NCBI GenBank assembly: GCA_963708075.1
Contig: OY970194.1
Location: forward strand, 480,001 to 544,000
Direction of reading: 5' to 3'
DNA: 64,000 nucleotides
Origin: Sedimentisphaerales bacterium
Lineage (GTDB): Bacteria; Planctomycetota; Phycisphaerae; Sedimentisphaerales; Anaerobacaceae
Part shown: positions 1 to 8,291 of the stretch, one piece after another
Numbering within the stretch: position 1 is the stretch's first letter
Layout: every line of letters begins with the position of its first letter
Program-made: the position numbers and the translations under genes
The notes under the pieces: model-generated
What the model saw: the letters and a program-made list of their open reading frames with translations, nothing else
Told to the model about the DNA's origin: nothing
Databases searched by the model: none

Positions 1-11
1 GCGTATGCACG

Positions 12-522
12 ATGAGGGTCGCAGGGGGCATCTTCCTGTTACTGCTGTTGGCAGCAGGTTTAACGATCCTTGCGATGAGGCCTTTCCTCGGCACACGTGC
101 CTCATTCAAACGCTTTGTGATTTGCCCGATTCCACGATCTGTCCAGAACATCAAGACGGACCTATGCAGGATATCGTCTCTTCGAGAACCGATGGTGGGA
201 GGGATACCACGAGCGTGCAGTCATCTTGCGTTTTGAGATCGGTAGAGACGATCTCTTGCGTATAGTTGCAACACGTGGCTTTATGCCTGTGGGCGGCGGT
301 TCATACATGAGTGAGATACTCACGCCTGTTGGCGATCACTGGGAGATCAAGCTGCCGGACCACGTGCATCACAAGACGCCCCGTTGGTTTGACTTGGCGA
401 AATGGACGGCTCCGGAGAGCTGGACACTGGAAGAGGTGGACTCGATGCACATGAGCGTTCTGTTTTACAATGGGCAGCTCGGGTGTGCATACCTGGTCAG
501 GTGGGAGTTGGACAGGGACTGA
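12..522 (+). CDS. Membrane-anchored hypothetical protein split by a frameshift (~170-190); paralog of 604..1203
   Basis: ORFs 12..236 and 226..522 align end to end with 604..1203: SFKRFVICPIPRSVQNIK/SFGRLVVKPIPSSVHDIK, AVILRFEIGRDDL/AVVLRFAVSKDDL, PRWFDLAKW/PRWFDLEQW, LFYNGQLGCAY/LLYNEQSGSAY. True start may lie upstream of the window. Confidence 0.7.
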
Positions 523-603
523 CGACAAGACAGGAATGAGGTCGTGCGATTCCGGCGAAGCGACTAAGACGAGATTGACTGAGCAGACTAAATCCTTGAG
601 AGA

Positions 604-1203
604 ATGAGCATGGCTGAGGAGAAAACGCATGCAGTGAAGCTCGCAGTGCCCATCCTCGTGGCGCTGTTTCTCGTTGTCTGTGGCGCTATCCTCGTGATGA
701 GGTTCTTTGTCAGTCCTCGGCTGTCGTTCGGACGTTTGGTGGTCAAGCCGATTCCATCATCCGTCCATGACATAAAGCTGAACCGCTGCGAGATGTCCAC
801 ACGGCGGGCGCGGCTGAACGGGGAGCGGCAATGGGCAGTCGTGCTGCGTTTTGCCGTCAGCAAGGACGACCTCTCGCAAATCATTGCGGCACACGCCCTC
901 AAACGCGTAGACCTTACCGAGTATACGTATGGGAGACTCCAGTACGGATTCAGGGACGGACCTAACGCCCGGCATTACAGCGAAATAGAGCTGTACAAGA
1001 AGCGTCGTCCCGCTCCGCGTTGGTTTGACTTGGAGCAATGGAGGAACATCGAAACATACGTGTTGGAGCGAGACATTGATGGAGAAGGTTGGATGGATGT
1101 ATGGCTCCTGCTCTATAATGAGCAATCTGGGAGCGCGTACTTCATCCGGTACGAGGGGAACGTAGTTACTATCAGGAGGGGCGAGTTCCAATTTCCGCAA
1201 TAA
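604..1203 (+). CDS. Hypothetical protein with N-terminal TM anchor (tandem paralog)
   Basis: 199-aa ORF, hydrophobic N-terminus, homologous to the upstream gene. Confidence 0.75.
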   Translation: MSMAEEKTHAVKLAVPILVALFLVVCGAILVMRFFVSPRLSFGRLVVKPIPSSVHDIKLNRCEMSTRRARLNGERQWAVVLRFAVSKDDLSQIIAAHALKRVDLTEYTYGRLQYGFRDGPNARHYSEIELYKKRRPAPRWFDLEQWRNIETYVLERDIDGEGWMDVWLLLYNEQSGSAYFIRYEGNVVTIRRGEFQFPQ

Positions 1204-1221
1204 AGGGGGTAATAAAGGGGT

Positions 1222-1245
1222 GGGGTCACGTCTTGAATAAGGAAT
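1222..1245 (+). repeat. GGGGTCACGTCnTGAATAAGGAA motif (RAYT-associated end/REP-like); other copies at ~1599 and ~34407
   Basis: Three near-identical copies; the ~1599 copy lies directly upstream of the RAYT gene. Confidence 0.55.
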
Positions 1246-1666
1246 AAGGATCTACTTGCTTGACCTCGCGTCGTGACATGTTGTACTCTGGTGTTCATGG
1301 GGAGGGAAGAAGGGGTCATCCATATAGGGTTCTTGTCAAGTACAAAAATACTCTCCCTGAACCGAAATTTTTACGCCTCTGCCGAGTCGGCGCTTCGGTC
1401 GGGCTCTGTCGGCCTGTGTTTTGCTGCGCGACAATCATCTCACGAACCGCTCCGGGCGTCCGGCTCTGCTTGGCACCTGCGAGTTCTCTCTGGTTTCATT
1501 CGTCGAGTCCGCCTGTCCCCAGGCGGCTCTCTCGCGCAGTCATCCATCCGGATCTAGGCCGGGCGTCACGGGCTAAACCTAGCGGAGGGGCGGTAAACGG
1601 GGTCACGTCCTGAATAAGGAATTACTCGCTTGACGGCACCGTGCGCGGCGTTGTGCCCTTGCGCTC

Positions 1667-2125
1667 ATGGCACGACCCTTCATCGATCAGGAGGATACGT
1701 TTTATCACGTGCTCAATCGCGGCAATGAGCGGCGGGCCATCTTTCGCGACGAGCACGACTATGAGAGCTTTCTTGACCGGCTGGGCCGGTGCTCGCAGCG
1801 GTTCGGGTTGCGTGTCTTTGCCTATGTGCTCATGGGCAACCACTACCATCTTCTGGTCAAGACGGGCGAAGCGAACCTCTCGGCGGCGATGCAGTGGCTG
1901 CAAGTGGCGTACGGCTCATGGCATAACCGCCGGCACCGGCGAAGCGGGCACCTGTTCCAGGGACGCCGCCCATCCCACGTGTCGGGGCAGCGCCATCGGC
2001 AAGCTCCGAGGACTCCGCTTGCCGCTGCCACCCATCGTAAGTCGTGGCTGCATAACAACTTACACCTGTCTTTCGCCTGTGCGCAAAAACGCAGCACTGT
2101 AAGTCTCTTGGCCACAAGGGCTTAG
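1667..2125 (+). pseudogene. Truncated REP-associated tyrosine transposase (RAYT, IS200/Y1 HUH superfamily)
   Basis: YHVLNRGNERRAIF, AYVLMGNHYHLL (HUH), GHLFQGR; similarity stops at ~1965, before the helix that normally carries the catalytic Tyr. Confidence 0.8.
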
Positions 2126-2236
2126 AGGTATTCTTCGCTATGTGACACGAATTCCTGTAACAATCCGGTCCAGCGAGCGTCTCCGTTATATGGTCTAACG
2201 ACCAGTTTCGCCGGGCGCCGGCGAGTCCGGAAAGGC

Positions 2237-2417
2237 GGGTGTGGTCGGCCTTTGGTGGCGGATTCCGGTCTCCGCGTAGGACGAGCGTCCCCGCTCGTCC
2301 ATTGCAGGGATCTGCAATCGACAGGATGTGGTGCGAGGCCATGCGACAAAAGGGGCGAGCGGGGACGCTCACCCTACGAAGAGCGGCACCAATCGCCACC
2401 GTATTCCGACCGCACCC
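2237..2417 (-). mobile_element. MITE family A copy (inverted) carrying a GTAG-type REP pair
   Basis: Ends GGGTGTGGTCGG...CCGACCGCACCC; exact 8-bp direct repeat GGAAAGGC at 2229-2236 and 2418-2425. Confidence 0.75.
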
Positions 2418-2604
2418 GGAAAGGCCGTGAGCAGATCAAGAATCAAACATCATCAATCATCAATCGTAAATCATGAATCTCCGGGGGTCTTGCCATGAGC
2501 GGTAAAGCACGCATCGCCGCCGGCGGGCCTGGAAGTGCGGAGTGCGGAGTGCGGAGTGCGGAATGCGGAGTGCGGAGCGAAGGCGGCGAGCGGATGAATG
2601 AGTC

Positions 2605-3123
2605 TGCGAAACAAAGCCAGTCTGGGGCCGGGGGCCTGGGAATGCGGATTGCGGATTGCGGATTGAAGGGCCGGGAGCGGATGAGCGAATGTGCGAAACA
2701 AAGCCAATTGGGCGAATTGGGACGAGGCCAAAGCCTGTCCCCCGAAGCCGGGCAGTGGCGTCGCCACGTGGGGAGGGCCTGTGTGCGAAACAAAGCCAAT
2801 TTCCGTGGTCGGCCCTGCCGATGGGCGCATCGTGCGAAACAAAGCCAATCTAAGGCGTCTCAGGACGACCGTCGCCAATCCTTCGACAAGCTCAGGAAGG
2901 GCGCTTCGCTTGAGGCTGCCACCCGGGATGGGAGGGGGCGATTGTGTGAAACAAAGCCAATCTGCATGGAACAGGCTGAGGGCGGGAGGCCGGAGGGGAT
3001 TGCATGGGTGGTTTTGCGAAACAAAGCCAATGCGGGCCGGGGGCCGGGGAGTGCGGAGTGCGGAGTGCGGAATACGGATTGAAGGCGGCGAGCGGATGAA
3101 TGATTCTGCGAAACAAAGCCAAT
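2605..3123 (+). repeat. Array of 7 x TGCGAAACAAAGCCAAT with variable spacers and (TGCGGAG)n heptamers
   Basis: Copies start at 2605, 2692, 2784, 2833, 2945, 3015, 3107 (1-2 mismatches at most). Confidence 0.85.
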
Positions 3124-3300
3124 TTGTGGAAGACGGGCACGGGCGGGGCCGCTCGAACCTGGTGGGGGCGTTGTCGTAGGGATAATGTCAATTCGGATGC
3201 CGCCGGACTCGCAAAATTGCGAAATTTGGGCTTTACAAGTACCGGCAGGGGCCTTTATAGTACCCGGTTTGAAAGATATAGTCCCAGGGAGGTCCGAAGT

Positions 3301-3981
3301 ATGGCCATATGGAACAAAAACACGATCTACTACGGGGTAACTGCGCTGGTCCTGGCGTTCATGGTGGGCCTGGCTGTTCTCAACGGGTGCAAGAAAGAGC
3401 AACCGCCCGCGAAGACCGAGGTACCGGCGGCTGGTTCTACATCGCCGTCAACGACGGGCGAGGCCTCCAAGGACCCGATCCAGGCGGCAAAGAGCCTGTT
3501 CGGCGACTCGAAGGCGAGCCTGCAGAAGGCCATCGATGAGGCCAAGACGTGGGAGCCGACATTCGAGCAGTGGCAGGGCAAGATCGCTCCGGACTTCACC
3601 CTGACCGATCTCGATGGCAACGTTCAGAAACTGAGCAACTACCGCGGCAAGGACGTGCTCGTTGTAATGTGGGCCACCTGGTGCGGCCCGTGCAAGCTGG
3701 AAGCTCCCGAGCTGATCGAGCTTCGCAAGTCCGTCGGGCCGGACAAACTGGCTATTCTGGCGATCTCCCGGGAGGACCCGGCGTTGCTGAAGAGCTTCGC
3801 CGCCCAGAACCAGTTGAACTACACGGTGATGTCCAGCGCCGGCGCGACGCTGCCCGCTCCGTATAGCGAAGTTCAGGCCATCCCCAGCGGGTTCTTCATC
3901 GACGCGGAAGGCAAGATCAAGTTGTCGACGATGGGAATGCTGCCGCGGGTGGACATCAACAAGATCCTGGAGGTGAAATAG
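3301..3981 (+). CDS. TlpA/redoxin-family thiol-disulfide oxidoreductase, probable lipoprotein
   Basis: APDFTLTDLDG, WATWCGPC (CxxC), IP cis-Pro; signal with LNGC lipobox; GGAGG RBS before ATG 3301. Confidence 0.9.
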   Translation: MAIWNKNTIYYGVTALVLAFMVGLAVLNGCKKEQPPAKTEVPAAGSTSPSTTGEASKDPIQAAKSLFGDSKASLQKAIDEAKTWEPTFEQWQGKIAPDFTLTDLDGNVQKLSNYRGKDVLVVMWATWCGPCKLEAPELIELRKSVGPDKLAILAISREDPALLKSFAAQNQLNYTVMSSAGATLPAPYSEVQAIPSGFFIDAEGKIKLSTMGMLPRVDINKILEVK

Positions 3982-4024
3982 GGCAGGAACCGCCTGGCGG
4001 CGTGGAGAAAATTTCAGGTTGCTC

Positions 4025-4053
4025 TGGACAAGCTCCCCCTGGGCCGCTATAAT
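4025..4053 (+). promoter_or_regulatory. Sigma70-type promoter of rpmA
   Basis: TGGACA-17 bp-TATAAT. Confidence 0.6.
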
Positions 4054-4103
4054 TCATGGTTTCGAAGGTTACAGACTGATTACAGATAGAAGGCAGGCAA
4101 GTC

Positions 4104-4337
4104 ATGGCACATAAAAAGGGACAAGGAGCATCGAGGAACGGGCGGGACAGCAACCCCCATTACCGAGGCGTAAAGCTGTATGGCGGCGAGGCGGTCAAGG
4201 CCGGCAACGTGCTCGTCAGGCAGTGCGGCACGAAGTTCTTCGCCGGCTCCAACGTCGGCATGGGCAGGGATTTCACCCTGTTCGCCACGAGTGATGGAAC
4301 CGTCCGGTTCCAGGGCCGGCGGGTACACGTCCTCTGA
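4104..4337 (+). CDS. rpmA: 50S ribosomal protein L27
   Basis: [18 protein letters not shown]...GVK...GRDFTLFA signature. Confidence 0.98.
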   Translation: MAHKKGQGASRNGRDSNPHYRGVKLYGGEAVKAGNVLVRQCGTKFFAGSNVGMGRDFTLFATSDGTVRFQGRRVHVL

Positions 4338-4369
4338 CGAGCAGCACCCCCCGCATATTTTGGATTGTG

Positions 4370-4397
4370 AAGGGATGGTCTTAGGCCATCCCTTTTT
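4370..4397 (+). terminator. Intrinsic terminator-like hairpin between rpmA and obgE
   Basis: AAGGGATGG-loop-CCATCCCTT followed by a T run. Confidence 0.6.
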
Positions 4398-4411
4398 CGT
4401 ATATACAGTGA

Positions 4412-5886
<1,475 letters not shown>

Positions 5887-5952
5887 AGTGACCGCACGGA
5901 CCCGATTGTCTACTGCAAAATCGAGGTATTTTCCAGGCGGCTGGGCGGGTAA

Positions 5953-5981
5953 TTGACAGAGACCGGAAGATGCGATAGAAA
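5953..5981 (+). promoter_or_regulatory. Sigma70-type promoter of coaX
   Basis: TTGACA-17 bp-TAGAAA. Confidence 0.55.
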
Positions 5982-6047
5982 TACCGGCGGCGGCAGGGCG
6001 CGGCGACGGCGTGAAATGAAACAGGAATAGGAAAATCCAGGCTGATT

Positions 6048-6842
6048 ATGAACATCATCGCTATAGACATTGGAAATACGAATATTGGCGTCGGGCTCTT
6101 TCTGGATGGCAAGGATGAGTCTGTTCAGGTGATTCCGGGCGGGGCGGACGGCGAGCTCAGAGAATGCCTGGTGCATGCATGGAAGGAGATTCCGGTCCTT
6201 GAAACCTCCACGGAGGGCAAGCGTAACGGCGCCATCGTCGTCAGCAGCGTCAAGCCTGCATGGACCAATGAAGTCCGGCAGATTGTGGGGGAGGACCTGA
6301 ACGAGAAGATTCACGTGATCGGCGAAGATATCCCTCTGCCGATGCTGGTCTGGCTCGATGAGCCCGGAAAGGTGGGCACAGACCGGGTGGTCGCCGCCTC
6401 GGCGGCATACGCCGTAGTGGAGGACGCGGTCGTCGTGGCGGACCTCGGCACGGCGGTCACAATCGATCTGGTCGATGAGCACGGCGTCTTCCAGGGCGGC
6501 GTGATTGTTCCCGGTTTTGATATCAGCGCCCAGGCTTTGAAGGACCATACCGCCCAGCTTCCCAAGGTCATGGTCCACCGGCCCGAGGGGCCCTACGGCA
6601 AGAACACCGCCGATGCGATCAATTGCGGCCTGTACTACTCGATTATCGGCGCGATGGAGGAGATCATTCGGCGCTATGCCGAGCAGATCGGCCGATGGCC
6701 CCAGACGGTCATCACCGGCTCCGGCGCCGAGACCATCAAGGACGACTGCCCCTTCATCGACAACTACGTCCCGCACCTTGTCATCAAAGGCATCGTCCTG
6801 GCCTACATGAAGTACGTCGAGGAAAAGAGCGAGATGGTCTGA
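6048..6842 (+). CDS. coaX: Type III pantothenate kinase
   Basis: IDIGNTN, SSVKP, GTDR, DLGTAVTID, GGVIVPG motifs. Confidence 0.93.
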   Translation: MNIIAIDIGNTNIGVGLFLDGKDESVQVIPGGADGELRECLVHAWKEIPVLETSTEGKRNGAIVVSSVKPAWTNEVRQIVGEDLNEKIHVIGEDIPLPMLVWLDEPGKVGTDRVVAASAAYAVVEDAVVVADLGTAVTIDLVDEHGVFQGGVIVPGFDISAQALKDHTAQLPKVMVHRPEGPYGKNTADAINCGLYYSIIGAMEEIIRRYAEQIGRWPQTVITGSGAETIKDDCPFIDNYVPHLVIKGIVLAYMKYVEEKSEMV

Positions 6843-6846
6843 AGCC

Positions 6847-8019
6847 ATGTCCGCTTTTGCAGCAGTGATGACCGGTCGGAGTTCGGGGGCGATTGCCACG
6901 GTTCAACTCGTCGGCGACTCGGCGGGGACGGTTTTGGCGAAGGTCTTTCACAGAGCTGGCGACAAGCTACTTGAATCGGCGCCCGCCCGAATCTTGGTTG
7001 GGCATATCTTGGATGGCGACGAGGCTGTCGATCAGGTGACTGTCGGCTGCGAATCGCCGGACGTTTTCGCGATCCACTGTCACGGCAATCCGTTGATCGT
7101 CGAAAGAATCATGGGATTGCTGCAGCGACATGGCGTCGAGCTTCTCACGGCCGGGGAAATGCTCGCGAGGATGCTCGCCGCTCAATTATCCCCAAGCACA
7201 ATCACCGCCGAGGCGAAGCTGGCGTTTACCACTGTAAAGACCATTGCAGGGGCGGAGATTCTCACTCACCAGATCGAATCCGGCCTGTCCGCCAAGGTCA
7301 GGCAGTGGCGGCAGGAGCTTGGCACAACGCCTCTTGCGCAAATTGCGGCTGAAGCGGGGCAAATCCTGAGATGCAGTGAGCCGGCTCGCCTGCTCATCTC
7401 CGGCTGCACGATTGCTCTGATTGGCCCGCCGAATACGGGCAAGAGCACTCTACTGAACACCCTGGCCGGCCGCGAGAAGGCGATTGTCACCGACATCCCC
7501 GGCACGACGAGGGACTGGGTTTCCGCCCAGATTCACATCCCGCCCCTGACGGCCACAATCATCGATACGGCGGGCATCGACCCGACGCTGTCCGATGGCA
7601 TCGACACGGCCGCACAGAACAAGAGCATGCAGGTCCTTGAGCAGGCTGATGTCGTCCTGCTGGTTCTGGACATCACCCAGCCCGCCGGTCAACTTGGCCG
7701 GAGCTTCAGCGAGGAGCTGAAAGGCAAGAGGGTCCTCACTGTCTTCAACAAGTCGGATTTGTCCGGGACACTGAACCCGGGGTCCCATCCCGCCAGTCTC
7801 GGCAACAGCGTTCACATCAGTGCCAGGCAGGGCACCGGCATCGATGATCTGGTGTGGGCTATTCATCGGGTGTGTGGACTGCCCGAGCTCGACTGCCTGG
7901 CTCCCGTCGCATTCACCGACAGGCAGTGCAAAGGGCTTGAGCGACTCCAAAGAGCCGCATCCACCTCCGAGGCTGCGGGGATTATAGAGGAGTTGATCTA
8001 CGGTCCACTGGTGGTATAA
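6847..8019 (+). CDS. mnmE: MnmE/TrmE-like tRNA modification GTPase, short form
   Basis: GAIATVQL, IHCHGN, GPPNTGKST, PGTTRD, DTAG, NKSD; lacks the C-terminal CxGK. Confidence 0.75.
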   Translation: MSAFAAVMTGRSSGAIATVQLVGDSAGTVLAKVFHRAGDKLLESAPARILVGHILDGDEAVDQVTVGCESPDVFAIHCHGNPLIVERIMGLLQRHGVELLTAGEMLARMLAAQLSPSTITAEAKLAFTTVKTIAGAEILTHQIESGLSAKVRQWRQELGTTPLAQIAAEAGQILRCSEPARLLISGCTIALIGPPNTGKSTLLNTLAGREKAIVTDIPGTTRDWVSAQIHIPPLTATIIDTAGIDPTLSDGIDTAAQNKSMQVLEQADVVLLVLDITQPAGQLGRSFSEELKGKRVLTVFNKSDLSGTLNPGSHPASLGNSVHISARQGTGIDDLVWAIHRVCGLPELDCLAPVAFTDRQCKGLERLQRAASTSEAAGIIEELIYGPLVV

Positions 8020-8072
8020 TCCGGCATAGACCGAGCCCGGCGGATTACAGGGACCTTGCGAGGATAATTGCT

Positions 8073-8249
8073 TTGCGCATCAGCGGAAAAACAAAGATCA
8101 TCGTTTTCAGTGCGGCGGGTGCCGTCACTCTGCTGTTGGCGTGCCTTACGCTGTTTCCCGAACGCCGTCCCACGTATGAGGCAGTCCTGACGCCGGATCG
8201 AACCCCCGGCGCCGCGAGCGCCGACGCGCCGGTTGAGGGCGGCTCATAA
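8073..8249 (+). CDS. 58-aa single-pass membrane microprotein (not in ORF track)
   Basis: TTG start after GAGGA; MRISGKTKIIVFSAAGAVTLLLACLTLFPERRPTYEAVLTPDRTPGAASADAPVEGGS; TGGTATAAT at 8012-8020 upstream. Confidence 0.5.
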   Translation: MRISGKTKIIVFSAAGAVTLLLACLTLFPERRPTYEAVLTPDRTPGAASADAPVEGGS

Positions 8250-8291
8250 CGGGTGTTGTGAGGAAGATTCATTTTTGTATAATCGCGTTCT

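Noticed and set aside
2605..3123. CRISPR array
   Set aside because: Repeat is only 17 bp, spacers range ~32-95 bp and partly repeat each other, and there are no cas genes or leader; kept as a non-CRISPR array
2443..3300. ORFs with AKQSQ/RNKAN/CETKP/SAECGVR repeats and the long N-extension of the TlpA ORF
   Set aside because: They are translations of DNA repeats open in several frames; the TlpA RBS supports a start at 3301
3990..4103. Missing rplU before rpmA
   Set aside because: rpmA has its own promoter; separation from rplU is a gene-order variant and not evidence of loss
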